40,346 bases of DNA from a virus, in the UHGV virus genome UHGV-0260710. One strand, given 5' to 3'. The position numbers and the translations under genes are program-made. The first letter of the stretch is position 1. Every line of letters starts with the position of its first letter. This document shows positions 27,264 through 37,431 of this stretch, piece after piece. The notes beneath the pieces are model-generated. The model searched no databases, was not told the origin of the DNA, and worked only from the letters and a program-made list of their open reading frames with translations.

Positions 27264-27612
27264 CTATTGCATCCTGTAAGCTATCGGTAGCATATCTATA
27301 GGTAACACCGTCCTTCGTCTGGCTAGTCTTCCACTTACCTGAACACCTCTTAATACTGTGGGCCAGCACCTCATGTCCTGACTCTTTCCTCTTCTTACAG
27401 CATTAACCGAGTTCTGAGACTTTGTGGCAAGCCGTAGGTTTTCTCTACGATTGTTCAACTTGTTCCTGTCAATATGGTCAACAACCATTCCATCAGGCAC
27501 TGGTCCGTAGAACATCTCGTACACTAAGATGTGCACAAAATGCTCATGGACCTTGTAGTATTTACCGACCAGACCCGACTATACAGCCGGGAACGCTATC
27601 GTCGTACTTCAT
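27264..27612 (-). pseudogene. HNH endonuclease paralog split by a frameshift (remnant or requires recoding)
   Basis: GTG-initiated 90-aa ORF (27264-27536) holds the HNH core HILVYEMFYGPVPDGMVVDHIDRNKLNNRRENLRLA; 15 codons in another frame upstream (MKYDDSVPGCIVGSGR, with TAGGAGGATAA-ATG RBS) plus the open HNH frame (..GKYYKV..) align to the N-termini of the intact paralogs (..[13 protein letters not shown]..); coordinates +/-1. Confidence 0.45.
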
Positions 27613-27623
27613 TTATCCTCCTA

Positions 27624-29390
27624 TTAGTGGAACGTAATGTATGACCCTAGTCCCAGCTCGTCGTCCGTATCGTGAGTTACCCGGACCCCATTGTCCCAGA
27701 ACTCAGTGTGGATGGACTCGAAGCCTTTCCGTGGGTTCTCCATCTGTTCCTCCAGCCACTCCTCAGTGACTTCACGTTCGCCCTTGTTGGCATCCTTAGC
27801 CATAGACTCAACGAAGAACTGTACACCGATAGCCAGCGCATCAAGTCGGTCATCGTGTGCCAAGGCGCCACGTTCACGAGAGATACGTGTCATCTGGTAG
27901 AAGAGAGAGTAGATAGGGTTACGAACACCATCCTTATCAGAGGCCGACTGGTAGTCTTGGACGATAGCAGCAGCGTTAACGATAAGTCGGTGAGACCCCA
28001 TGATAGGCTCCAGAACGTCACAGATGCGTAGTTCTTTCTGCCCCTTACTCTTCACTTCAGTTACAGCCGCAGGATGTATACGGGCCGCTACAGGCTTGAA
28101 TAGCTCAAGGTACATACCATCACCGAAGTTACCCTCAATGACGTATTCGTTGACCTTCCACTTACGACCAATCTTAGCCAGTGCTTCAAGCGTAGAGTCT
28201 TCATAACCACCACGCATGCCGCCAACTTCCATAGCGAAGATGTAGCCGTTGAGCTGGTACAGTACCGCATATCCAGTTTCATCCTTACCACGACCACTAG
28301 GGTCAATGACCAGAATCTTCTGGGTGTACGAACTGAAGGCAGAACCTACAGTCTGATACGTGTGGTATGAGTCTCCCATGAGTCCAACGTTAGGAACGTC
28401 CTCACGCTTGTTCTGAGGGTTTGGCAGCCATTGGTAGACCATTGGGCTGGACGCTGGGTCCAAGTCTGCTACGATAAGGTCACGGAGCTTCAGAGGGTAC
28501 TTCTCGGCATCACTCAGGTTCGGGTTAAGCATGAACTGTAGAGCGAAGCCAGCTTTACCGTAGGACAGCTCACGTTCCTTCAGGTCAGTATCGTCGAATC
28601 GAACTTCATCGGTCGGACGCCAGTAGTAGGCCTCAGGGTCCTCTTCAAGCTCTGCCTGAAGCATCGGTGCCAGACGGTAGCCGTAAGACTGCCAGTCCTT
28701 CTTATCACGTGGATAACGAGCAGGCCAGATAGTAGTGGTGTACCCACGGCCTTCCAGCTCACGATACAAGGTCATCTCGTTCTGAGGAGTACCCAGATAG
28801 ATGATTGTACCTCCCGGCTTCAGGATAGCGTCGAACTCTTTCACAAGCTCTGATAGACGGTCTCGTGCAGCCTGAGTCGCTGAGTTGTTCGGAACCTCCA
28901 CGTCATCGGCAATCAGGATGTCAGCACGACTACCAGTCAACTGACCAGTGATACCAACGGACTTAACCGAAGGTGAGTGGTCTGGCTTGGCGGGTCCAAC
29001 GTCAAAACTGATAACCGCATCTCGCTGTCCCTGCTTAGGTTTGAGTTCCTGAAGCTGAGGCATGAGGTCGATGATTCGCTTGATGAAGATGGAGTTAGCA
29101 TCGGCTCGTTCCTTTGATGCCGACACAATCATGAACTTCAAGTCTGGGTTGTTCCATAGCTTCCAGACCACAAAGCCACAGGTCAGAAACGACTTGCCAA
29201 TACCACGGAAAGCCTGAAGGATGAAGCGGCGATTATCCCCAGCAGCCAGCTTCTTACACATATCTATCTGGCAGCGGGTTGGAACCGGAAGGCTTAGCGC
29301 TTTCCAGAGAACGAAGATGAAGAACACGAAGTCGTCCTGCATCCTTTGGGTCATTTCTGCCTGTCTTTCAGCTGGTGTTTTCTTAGACAT
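27624..29390 (-). CDS. gp19: Terminase large subunit (gp19)
   Basis: 588 aa; near-collinear with T7 gp19 ([124 protein letters not shown]). Confidence 0.95.
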   Translation of the reverse strand: MSKKTPAERQAEMTQRMQDDFVFFIFVLWKALSLPVPTRCQIDMCKKLAAGDNRRFILQAFRGIGKSFLTCGFVVWKLWNNPDLKFMIVSASKERADANSIFIKRIIDLMPQLQELKPKQGQRDAVISFDVGPAKPDHSPSVKSVGITGQLTGSRADILIADDVEVPNNSATQAARDRLSELVKEFDAILKPGGTIIYLGTPQNEMTLYRELEGRGYTTTIWPARYPRDKKDWQSYGYRLAPMLQAELEEDPEAYYWRPTDEVRFDDTDLKERELSYGKAGFALQFMLNPNLSDAEKYPLKLRDLIVADLDPASSPMVYQWLPNPQNKREDVPNVGLMGDSYHTYQTVGSAFSSYTQKILVIDPSGRGKDETGYAVLYQLNGYIFAMEVGGMRGGYEDSTLEALAKIGRKWKVNEYVIEGNFGDGMYLELFKPVAARIHPAAVTEVKSKGQKELRICDVLEPIMGSHRLIVNAAAIVQDYQSASDKDGVRNPIYSLFYQMTRISRERGALAHDDRLDALAIGVQFFVESMAKDANKGEREVTEEWLEEQMENPRKGFESIHTEFWDNGVRVTHDTDDELGLGSYITFH

Positions 29391-29823
29391 AGAGTCCCTC
29401 CAACATTAGGTCCCGGACAGCGATAGCCTCCTCTAAAGTGGGACGTGTTGTGCGCATACGGACTCCCTTACGCATAACCTCGATGGCGTAGCCGTTCTGG
29501 TGGAACGATACGTTCTTAACTCCAGTCTTTGAGTCAGAATGACCTGAGGTGTTGCAGGAGTTCGCGCTTGAAGTAACTAGCCGGAGGTTGTCCAGCCTGT
29601 TGTTAGTTCGGCAACGGTCGATGTGATCAATCTCCATGCCTTCTGGTATGGGACCGTTGGTTAGCTCCCAGATTACCCGATGAGCCAGCAGGAGTCCATG
29701 ACGTCTAGTTCCTACCTGATAATACCCGTGGTTTCCAACACACCCAACGTCCTTACCTGAACGAAGTGACTTCAGGCCAGACTTACTGGACTCATCATAA
29801 GTATACGAATCACTGAGCATCAT
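29383..29823 (-). CDS. HNH homing-endonuclease-like protein overlapping the terminase start
   Basis: 146 aa; [41 protein letters not shown]; 3' end overlaps TerL ATG by 8 nt; absent at this position in T7. Confidence 0.85.
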   Translation of the reverse strand: MMLSDSYTYDESSKSGLKSLRSGKDVGCVGNHGYYQVGTRRHGLLLAHRVIWELTNGPIPEGMEIDHIDRCRTNNRLDNLRLVTSSANSCNTSGHSDSKTGVKNVSFHQNGYAIEVMRKGVRMRTTRPTLEEAIAVRDLMLEGLYV

Positions 29824-30263
29824 TTCTCCTTATCTTGCTGCAAGGCTCTCACAGTATCCTGAAGGGCCTTAATCCACTTGTCCCCTTTCAGTCCGATGGA
29901 GATAAGACGTTTAGCATCTCGTTCGTCAAGTTCGGCGTAACCATCAATGATGCATCGACCGTCACTTTGCGTGGTTCCACTCGTTGGTTTGACTCGGATG
30001 CGCAACCGCTTATTGTCAGACTGAAGGTCAGCAATAATCCTATCAGTACTGCCTTCCAGCGAGGACATTTCGTCCTGAAACCGTTTGGACACTTTGTTGA
30101 CTTCAGCTTGGACAGCAAGCCTTGTATCCTCCGATGCCTTAAGATTCGAGGTGTATTCTGCATTGACCTTAGCCTCCCACTTATTGTTAGCGGTGTGGTA
30201 GCCCCCAGCAAACATCACTGCTGCAAGTAACCACGGAGCCGCTCTCTTTAAAAATTCGAGCAT
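29820..30263 (-). CDS. gp18.5: Inner-membrane spanin (Rz-like, gp18.5)
   Basis: 147 aa; N-terminal TM (WLLAAVMFAGGY); collinear with T7 gp18.5 (MLEFL....PW.LA, GSTDRII.DL.SDNKRLR.RVK.T, DERDAKR, W..ALQDT.R.LQ). Confidence 0.85.
   Translation of the reverse strand: MLEFLKRAAPWLLAAVMFAGGYHTANNKWEAKVNAEYTSNLKASEDTRLAVQAEVNKVSKRFQDEMSSLEGSTDRIIADLQSDNKRLRIRVKPTSGTTQSDGRCIIDGYAELDERDAKRLISIGLKGDKWIKALQDTVRALQQDKEK
29888..30163 (-). CDS. gp18.7: Outer-membrane lipoprotein spanin (Rz1-like, gp18.7) embedded in gp18.5 in another frame
   Basis: Signal peptide RWKAVLIGLLLTFSLTISGC with lipobox, then ASES...SLMV.PNLT.EMLNV as in T7 gp18.7; start assigned to the internal Met (ORF open from 30211). Confidence 0.7.
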   Translation of the reverse strand: MQNTPRILRHRRIQGLLSKLKSTKCPNGFRTKCPRWKAVLIGLLLTFSLTISGCASESNQRVEPRKVTVDASLMVTPNLTNEMLNVLSPSD

Positions 30264-30373
30264 AGGTGCCCTCCCGGTTTATCAGATTTCACGTAGAGTC
30301 TCCTCCACTAGTTAGTGTTAACCATAAAGGCCACTACATATAGTAATGACCTTGAGTCTAACACTTAAGAGAT

Positions 30374-30637
30374 TTACTGCACTCCATATCCAGTGTCATT
30401 ATCTTCCGTAGCGGAGAGCACCTTATCGTACTCTGCGTTCAGGGCCTCCATATCAGCGAGCATCTTCTCGTCAACAGACACCTTGCTTAGCACGAAGTTG
30501 TGACGAGCCAGTAGCCTCTCAATGGCGTTGTAAAGCTGAGGTGAACGCTTAGAGTCATCCCGCAGGTCTTGCAGCATTAGTCGAGCACGTTCAGTATCTA
30601 GCATTAAGAGGAACTTCTCTAAGTCCATCTGCGTCAT
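30374..30637 (-). CDS. gp18: Terminase small subunit (gp18)
   Basis: 87 aa (T7 gp18 89 aa); shared blocks FL.MLDT, RSPQLYNAI..LL; start overlaps holin stop. Confidence 0.85.
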   Translation of the reverse strand: MTQMDLEKFLLMLDTERARLMLQDLRDDSKRSPQLYNAIERLLARHNFVLSKVSVDEKMLADMEALNAEYDKVLSATEDNDTGYGVQ

Positions 30638-30828
30638 GTTTTACCACCTCCTTTAATCGTTTTGTAGACTAGCACACCAATCTGGACAACGGTGTACGCG
30701 ATAGCTGCAACGTAGAACCATTCGTTCAGTGTAAGTCCGAAGAAGAACCGACTGGCACCATCAGCCGCAGCGGTCCCGACGATAGGAGAGGCTTTAAGGA
30801 CCTCATTCTTGAAGTCTAACTCAATCAT
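30634..30828 (-). CDS. gp17.5: Holin (gp17.5)
   Basis: 64 aa; near-identical to T7 holin (LDF.NE..KA.PIVGT..AD.S.R.FFGL.LNEWFYVAAIAYTVVQIG). Confidence 0.85.
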   Translation of the reverse strand: MIELDFKNEVLKASPIVGTAAADGASRFFFGLTLNEWFYVAAIAYTVVQIGVLVYKTIKGGGKT

Positions 30829-30973
30829 AAAACCTCCAGTTTAAAGCGGGTCGTCCGTGACCCAAGTTGTTACCATACGTTGGTCAGCGTGTAGTTAGCC
30901 TCTACCTCCACAACCTTCGATGTCGACATTCCGTTTTGATGGTAAAACTAACCACGCCGAAGCTGGGTCTTTG

Positions 30974-33475
30974 TTAAGAGTTTAAAATAGAAGAATATTT
31001 AGTAACAACATTACCAGATACAGGTGTCGAATCTATAGCAGGTCTTGCTGTTGCCCTGATATTTAGCCCAATAACCCCTGAATATGCTACTGACTGCGTT
31101 CCCGCATAACGGTAACATGCAAGAGTTCCTCCGGACTTATGAGTCCACTCAACGTTTCCATTTGCTTGAAACAGAAAGATATTAGCAGATGTTGTAGTTG
31201 TCATGTCTCCTGTGGAAACTACATTTACTGGCTCAGTGGTGGCAACTTTGATCAAGTGATACCCGGCAGGGCTTGTTACACCTCCACTCAACGTCAGATT
31301 TACATTCGTTTTACGCAATGCAATCAAACTACCATAAGCATTGCACACAATACCTCCTAAGCCACGAATTGTGGCGGATGGTAACTCTGTATCTTCCGTT
31401 AAATTTATACTTCCTGCGTTGGTATAAACGTCGTTTATTTCAAGCATTCTGCAAATTTTGGCAGCATGTTTCAAAGATTTTAGACCACGCGCTCCATTGA
31501 AACCCCAATTTTCATCGTTACCGTTAACTGGGTCGATGTATAACGTTGAAGGTGAAACGCCTGTAACTTCATTAACTAAATCCCATTTCCCAAGTTTTCC
31601 GTACTGGAACTGGCCATTGTTAGGATTTCGTATGTTGACTACAGCTCCAGAGTTTATGCCGTCAAGGAACCTGTAACCGTTGAACATCATGTAACCGTGA
31701 ATATCTACAACACTGCGACCCTTAACGCAGTTCTTGACGTAGACCACTGAACTGTTTGCTATACTTCCGTCTTGAATGAAAAGACCATTTAGACGGATGT
31801 CAGCGTCTGAGTTGATAATATAGAAACAATGTTTCGCCTTACCACCCGTGGCTTCCATGTGACAACCGTCAACCTTAAGCCCACCGTTACTGTTGGCATC
31901 CCCTTGGTTAACATACATGAATGAGCAGGTTTCTGTTACACAATACCTGAACTGCACAGAACTGCGTCCGTACTGTGTAATTGCGACATCGCCGGTTTCG
32001 TCAAAATCTTCCGGTTTAAAAATTACCTGTTCTGAATAAGTTGAATCCTGTCCAAGTCGAGCAATGTAAGCGTTTTTCACCTCAGAGCCGCCGTTTTGCT
32101 CGTAGAAAACAGCACCTTGAGTCTTGTATAGAATCTTAGGTGTTGTGTGAACACTGCCCCAAGCAATACTGTGAAGCATACCAACCTTTGGAATTCTGGC
32201 GGTTGATGCTGTGCTTCCTGGTGTGTTCTCACCAATGCTTAGATTGCTAGTTGTGCATCCTGCGGCACCTAACCAACGAAGCCCTAACAATGTTCCTGGC
32301 TTTGTGATAATAGACAGGTTTTCAATATCGATATGGCGAGCGCCTGTTCTTACTTCACCACTATCAATTTGTGAGCCTGTTGGCAAAAACATTGGGTCAG
32401 AGTTTAATGACCATGTTGACCCAGATTTAAGATAGACATACGTACTAACAGCAGCCATGTTACCTTCACCAGAAGGCGGGTTGAAGTAAAAACCTTGCTG
32501 TACGATTCGGCGGAAATAAGAGTAACCGGGCTGGACAATCTGCACGCCGGGCGGGATAAAGATTGTCTCTGTGTGCATGTACAGGCCGCGCAAAACAACA
32601 CGCTTTGCTACTACATCCAAGTGTGGGTTAAGTTCTGTTGCTGTGTCTGTAAATGAAATCGGCATGTCGTTGATGTATTTAAACATAGCCTTTAATGCCT
32701 GTGTATCGTCAGAAATCCCATCACCAATAGCTCCGAATTGCTCAGGGGTTACATCATTTAATACATCTGCTAATTTACCCGATGGATTAATTCCGATTAA
32801 TTCAGCCCCGTCATTATTCATTAGGCTTCCTCTAAGTGATGCATCACCAACACTAATCCACGCACCAAGACCAACACCACCAGCAGTTTCAGGAGTTGAA
32901 CCCTCTGGAACGTTCTTTGGAAGCGTACCATCCCAGCGGTAATACTCACCATCCTCTTCCCATAGCAGGACCTCGTTCCATGTTGTAACGTTGAAGCCTT
33001 TCTCGAAGGAGCGACGGGTAATATAGCCAACTAGACCAGCTGCCTTGATACGCTCAGCGATTCGGCGTGCTTCGTCCTCGCTATCCTTAGCGTTGCCAGC
33101 AGAGCTACCAGCAGCATCGGCATATTCCTTCGCTAAGTCAACAGTTTGGTCTCGACCTTCTTCTGCAATATGGATAGCCTGAAGCTCTGCATTGGTCAGG
33201 TCACTAGCTGTCAACACTGAACCATTCCTGAAGTCTACCACTAAGTCAGTTCCAGTCTGACGGTGAATACGAACGATGTCGAAACCTGATTGGTCAACCA
33301 ACATCTCAATAATCGTTGGATTAAGGAATCGGTAATCTCGACCGACTTCCAGTACACGGTTCAGGGTAGGGTTAGAGCTATTCACCAGCGTAACAACAAC
33401 AAACGTTCTGGCTAGGTAGTCGAACTCAATCCTGTACTGAGTGTTTCCTGAAGGGAATTGTGTAATCGTGGACAT
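30974..33475 (-). CDS. gp17: Tail fibre / tail spike (gp17): T7-like N-terminal adaptor plus C-terminal pectate-lyase-like (beta-helix) depolymerase-type domain
   Basis: 833 aa; first ~150 aa align to the T7 gp17 N-terminus (EFDYLAR.FVVVTL, DYRF, DGS.L.A.DL..A..Q..H.AEE.RD.T.D); rest unrelated to T7, contains [19 protein letters not shown], typical of pectate-lyase-3 tailspikes; 3' half visibly AT-rich. Confidence 0.85.
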   Translation of the reverse strand: MSTITQFPSGNTQYRIEFDYLARTFVVVTLVNSSNPTLNRVLEVGRDYRFLNPTIIEMLVDQSGFDIVRIHRQTGTDLVVDFRNGSVLTASDLTNAELQAIHIAEEGRDQTVDLAKEYADAAGSSAGNAKDSEDEARRIAERIKAAGLVGYITRRSFEKGFNVTTWNEVLLWEEDGEYYRWDGTLPKNVPEGSTPETAGGVGLGAWISVGDASLRGSLMNNDGAELIGINPSGKLADVLNDVTPEQFGAIGDGISDDTQALKAMFKYINDMPISFTDTATELNPHLDVVAKRVVLRGLYMHTETIFIPPGVQIVQPGYSYFRRIVQQGFYFNPPSGEGNMAAVSTYVYLKSGSTWSLNSDPMFLPTGSQIDSGEVRTGARHIDIENLSIITKPGTLLGLRWLGAAGCTTSNLSIGENTPGSTASTARIPKVGMLHSIAWGSVHTTPKILYKTQGAVFYEQNGGSEVKNAYIARLGQDSTYSEQVIFKPEDFDETGDVAITQYGRSSVQFRYCVTETCSFMYVNQGDANSNGGLKVDGCHMEATGGKAKHCFYIINSDADIRLNGLFIQDGSIANSSVVYVKNCVKGRSVVDIHGYMMFNGYRFLDGINSGAVVNIRNPNNGQFQYGKLGKWDLVNEVTGVSPSTLYIDPVNGNDENWGFNGARGLKSLKHAAKICRMLEINDVYTNAGSINLTEDTELPSATIRGLGGIVCNAYGSLIALRKTNVNLTLSGGVTSPAGYHLIKVATTEPVNVVSTGDMTTTTSANIFLFQANGNVEWTHKSGGTLACYRYAGTQSVAYSGVIGLNIRATARPAIDSTPVSGNVVTKYSSILNS

Positions 33476-33521
33476 TATGCCTCCTTTGTGATTTAAACGG
33501 AGACCTATGGTAGCGCCTCCC

Positions 33522-33544
33522 GTTTCCTATAGTGATAGTTTAGT
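33522..33544 (-). promoter_or_regulatory. Phage RNAP promoter (phi17-like), TAAACTATCACTATAGGAAACG
   Basis: Family motif overlapping the gp16 3' end, upstream of the tail fibre gene as in T7. Confidence 0.7.
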
Positions 33545-36500
33545 CCTTGATGTGGATGCCTTGCTCCTCAAACGTTCCAAGCAGCAACTTCTGGGTAATC
33601 GGGTCATTCGGGACCAGTTCACGGAACGTGTTATACATCCCGGTCATGTAGTCTCGCTCGTTGACACGGGTATCAGCCTTGAGGTAGCCAGCCAAGTTGT
33701 ATGCCGAAGCGCCAACGTTAGCAGCATAGCCGAAAGCCGGGACCTGCTCCAAGAAGTTACCAACGACATTCATCACAGGGTCACTTGTAGCCGCACCATA
33801 TGAGATGGCACGTTCTGGCTTCTCTGTAGGTGAACGAGGGAGGATAGACGAACGGAGCATCTTAGTGTCCTCATACCCAGCGATACCACCAAGAATGTTA
33901 GCGACCCCAAGTGGTCCACCCAGATGTGAACTACGGGACAGGGCCGCATAGCCAATCATCGTTGGGTCCAGAGCTTGCTTGAGATAATCTCGGTCTCGAC
34001 CGTCCTGCATAGCGTAAGCCTTGACGTGCGCCTGAGCCATGTAGTAGATACCAGCCAGACCCATAGACATCACAGTAGACAGTGCAGCGTCCATCGCTCG
34101 GTTGTTCTTCGTGGCGTTATAGAAGGTTCGCATGGTTCGACCGTTGATGGACTTGATGACGAAGTTCTTAAACTGAAGGACAGTCTTAGCGAGAGGACCA
34201 TAAGCCTTGGCGTCCATGTTGGACAGCTTATGAGGACGGAGTAACGTTTCGTCAGCGATGGTATCGCCCATACGCCACAGGTCCATAGCCCTTGGGTCCT
34301 GACTGAACGCCTTCTTATCCTTGATGGTGTACTTCCCGTCTGGACCACGAGTCACTGACTCACGGATTAGGTACTTAATGCCCTTCCACTGCTCGTCAGA
34401 GATACCAGCTGTCTTCAACCATCGGTCATCGAACTTACGCTTACTACCCGTCAGGCTATGCTCCACTATGTCAGACAGGAAGCCTTGACGTCCAGCATCT
34501 AACAGGTAGTTGGTCGTACCGTTGAGGACTTTAGTGAACGGAGAGCGTACCGCAAGTTCACCAGTGTAATACTTGGCAGTCCCCAGAGCTGTAGCTGTAC
34601 CACGACCAAGGTCGCTGTAAGACCGCAGACGGTCAATGACATCCTGTTTAGACGGACGGATTGAGTCATCCAGTTCCTTACCGAAGATAACATTGTGCAG
34701 GTCCTTAATCTCTGAAGCCCCTACCTTCTTGTTACGGAAGGCTAGGTCACGGAACATCGGGACTCCATGCAGCAGGGCACGAACGTTGCCACGAGCCAGC
34801 ATACCACCAATCTCAGTTAAGTTCTGAACACCCATATAGGCATTCTTAGCGAAGAACGATAGGTCTGTCATTGTGCGCATCACTGTAGCGAAGGCTGCAT
34901 CATCAGCACCATCACGTCGAGCACGACCAGTGAGAATCTTCAAGGTGTCACGTAAGGTAGATACCTCACCTTTCAACTTACCGTCATCCCCAGCCTTGTT
35001 CATCATGGTCTCAACCAAGTCCTTCATGTCCTTCGTGGTTTTGCCTGTACCAGCCATGATAGCAATATCGCCATTAACTCGACGGTTGTAGGCCGGGACA
35101 ATCTTGTCCATGTCCCACTCACGCAGGTTGTTGACACTGAAGGTCTGACCGTTAGGCAGGACGATTGACATATCGCTATCGAACAGGTTACGAGCCTCAA
35201 GGAAGCTGTTGTTCTCCAGCCCCACCAGACCGTTGATGTTCTCTTCCATTACGGATGAACGTTCGAACTGCTCGGTGTGGGAGATACCGTAAGCCTTATC
35301 GTTGGCGTACTTATCGACCGCAGCCGCAAGTCCCTCTGGAGTCAACGTAGGGTCAGCCTCTAAGAGTGCCTCGTCCACGCGTTTCTTGACTTCAGGTCTA
35401 GACGCATAGCTGGTCAACCATGACTTTTTGATGGCCTCCTGCAACGCCTCTGGACTACCAAGCTCCTTGATGTACAAATCCTTCATCTGTTTGCTATACA
35501 CATGAGGGACGTAGGTTCCCTTGAAGCGGCTACCCGGAAAGATAGACTGAGCGTCTGGGCGACCAAACATAGCCGGGTTCTCCATCATCTCACGCTTGGC
35601 GTCGAACTGGTTCTTCAGCAGGTCATAGACTTTCAGTTCTCCCGGAGTCAGTTCAGCCTTCAGGTTTCCGCTACCATCTTCGATAGCCATAGATACGCGC
35701 TGATAGATGTCTTGACGGAATGCGCCAGAGTCTCGCCAGAATGCTGTCTGGAAGTACGGGTCTTTTAGTGCCTCAGTAACCGCATCGTCGATGTCGTTGT
35801 AGAACCGATGGTCCACAGCACGAAGTCTCTCGAACACGTCTGACGCAGTTGTCCCGATTTTACCTGAGGCCCCAGACTGCATACCAGTTGGTGAACGCAC
35901 TAAGTCAGCAGCTACTCCACGAATCTCAGGGTTCTCAGACCGAAGCAGCTTCAGGCCAATCTCGGTAAGCCCACCAAGGTTAACACCAGCAGCGGCACGT
36001 TCCGGCTCAATCACTTCGTCAAAGACTTGACGTGTCTTAGGGTTCAGAGGGTTCTCGCCAATCAGGATTGAACCGTCTTCTAATCGTACACTACCCGGCT
36101 CGTTAGGAACGTCTGCGAACTTAACACCTTGATGACTAAAGGTCTGCTCCCCTTCCTGAATAGGTAGACGAGACAGGTCCTGACCATCAACGTTACGAGC
36201 GGTCTCGCGAGCTTCCAGACGTGTAGCTGGACCAGCGAACTCGTTAGTGTTGCGACCTAAGGCTCTTCCTAGTCCGTCAGCGATAGCAGTCATACCACCA
36301 CCGAAGAGAGCACCACCAAGGATAGCTTCAGCCACATGAGCATCACCACCAGCCACTGAGGTACGGGCCATCTCAGACGCACCAGCCAGTGCTCCAGATT
36401 GAGCCGCCACGGTGAACATCTTGTTGACCAGTTTACCTCCTTTACCGACCTGCCCAGCGATAGGAACGTAGGTCAGCGGGTCCACACCAGCGCCAATCAC

Positions 36501-37427
36501 ACCAGCAGCCAACTGAGCACCAGTCCCAGCCTTGGCCTTCTCTTGGTCCAACTTCTGGTTCTCAAGCGCCAAGTTAATAAGCTCGGTCAGGTTCTGAGGA
36601 GAACCACCAGTAATGACTCCGTAATACTGAGGCAGAACCCCAGCGTTACGAATCTGGTCCAGCTCCTCACGAGACCACTTATGGTTATTCCATCGGGTTG
36701 GGTTGAACACATCGCCAATGACATCCAGTGAATCCTCAGTCTGGCCAGCTCGGATAGCCACGCCGACCATAGAGTTCTTCACTTCAGCTTCTGTGGCCGC
36801 ACCGAAATCGAACCACGTAGAGCGGTCCTCTCGTTCCTGCATGGTCTCTCCAGTAGCCTTATAGAACATCTCACCGAACGATTCGTTGGGAGCTTCAGGT
36901 GCTTGACCCTCAATGTTCAGACCAGCAGCGGTCGGAAGGTTCTCACCCAGAGCTACTTTAGGTTTAGCCTTGAGTCCTTCCGTGAGTGCATCAAATACGT
37001 TAGCGCTTACTGGTGGAGTCTTTGGGCTGATACCGTTGAGTGCTCTTGCGACTCCCTGCTGATAGACTTCAGGGTTGTACCGGGAGCCTGTCTCATGGAA
37101 GCTGATAGCTTGCGCCAGAGCAGACAGGGTGTCCGGGTTCGAGAGGTCGAGACTCTGGGTAGCTGGGATACCAGTCGCAGCCACCACTGAGTCAATATAA
37201 GCCTGAGTGTCATTCTCATTGGGAGGCGCCCATCGGTTGATGATCTTCTCGATGGAGTCATAACCTCGGCGACCGTAGGACAGCAGGTTTTTACCTAAAG
37301 CTCGGACGCCAGACTCTGGACTATCGAAAATGACAAATGCGCCATCATCTCCAGTCATTCCTTCCCATTGGTCCTTACTTACCCGGATGTTCCCCGGATT
37401 GTTATTGCGAATACCACGAGTCGCCAT
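33540..37427 (-). CDS. gp16: Internal virion protein D (gp16, ejectosome)
   Basis: 1295 aa (T7 1318 aa); long collinear blocks from ~residue 200 onward (RWN...W..EEL..IR, VTGGSP.NL..LI.LA.EN, AGVDPL.YVP, RLEARETARN, SPTGMQSGASGK.G.TASD..ERL, NPA.FG, HKGTYVPHVY, DKAYGISH, ENNSFLEARNLFDSD.S, AYDRRVNGDIAIMG.TGKTTK, TNYLLDA.RQG, DPRAMDLWR, RPHK.S, PNDP.TQ.L); N-terminal ~130 aa differ from my recollection of T7. Confidence 0.9.
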   Translation of the reverse strand: MATRGIRNNNPGNIRVSKDQWEGMTGDDGAFVIFDSPESGVRALGKNLLSYGRRGYDSIEKIINRWAPPNENDTQAYIDSVVAATGIPATQSLDLSNPDTLSALAQAISFHETGSRYNPEVYQQGVARALNGISPKTPPVSANVFDALTEGLKAKPKVALGENLPTAAGLNIEGQAPEAPNESFGEMFYKATGETMQEREDRSTWFDFGAATEAEVKNSMVGVAIRAGQTEDSLDVIGDVFNPTRWNNHKWSREELDQIRNAGVLPQYYGVITGGSPQNLTELINLALENQKLDQEKAKAGTGAQLAAGVIGAGVDPLTYVPIAGQVGKGGKLVNKMFTVAAQSGALAGASEMARTSVAGGDAHVAEAILGGALFGGGMTAIADGLGRALGRNTNEFAGPATRLEARETARNVDGQDLSRLPIQEGEQTFSHQGVKFADVPNEPGSVRLEDGSILIGENPLNPKTRQVFDEVIEPERAAAGVNLGGLTEIGLKLLRSENPEIRGVAADLVRSPTGMQSGASGKIGTTASDVFERLRAVDHRFYNDIDDAVTEALKDPYFQTAFWRDSGAFRQDIYQRVSMAIEDGSGNLKAELTPGELKVYDLLKNQFDAKREMMENPAMFGRPDAQSIFPGSRFKGTYVPHVYSKQMKDLYIKELGSPEALQEAIKKSWLTSYASRPEVKKRVDEALLEADPTLTPEGLAAAVDKYANDKAYGISHTEQFERSSVMEENINGLVGLENNSFLEARNLFDSDMSIVLPNGQTFSVNNLREWDMDKIVPAYNRRVNGDIAIMAGTGKTTKDMKDLVETMMNKAGDDGKLKGEVSTLRDTLKILTGRARRDGADDAAFATVMRTMTDLSFFAKNAYMGVQNLTEIGGMLARGNVRALLHGVPMFRDLAFRNKKVGASEIKDLHNVIFGKELDDSIRPSKQDVIDRLRSYSDLGRGTATALGTAKYYTGELAVRSPFTKVLNGTTNYLLDAGRQGFLSDIVEHSLTGSKRKFDDRWLKTAGISDEQWKGIKYLIRESVTRGPDGKYTIKDKKAFSQDPRAMDLWRMGDTIADETLLRPHKLSNMDAKAYGPLAKTVLQFKNFVIKSINGRTMRTFYNATKNNRAMDAALSTVMSMGLAGIYYMAQAHVKAYAMQDGRDRDYLKQALDPTMIGYAALSRSSHLGGPLGVANILGGIAGYEDTKMLRSSILPRSPTEKPERAISYGAATSDPVMNVVGNFLEQVPAFGYAANVGASAYNLAGYLKADTRVNERDYMTGMYNTFRELVPNDPITQKLLLGTFEEQGIHIKD

Positions 37428-37431
37428 TATG

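Noticed and set aside
30829-30973. GGGTC-N6-GACCC inverted repeat between tail spike and holin as a possible terminator
   Set aside because: No T-rich tract follows on the transcribed strand, and late genes here are expected to be co-transcribed, so I did not call a terminator.
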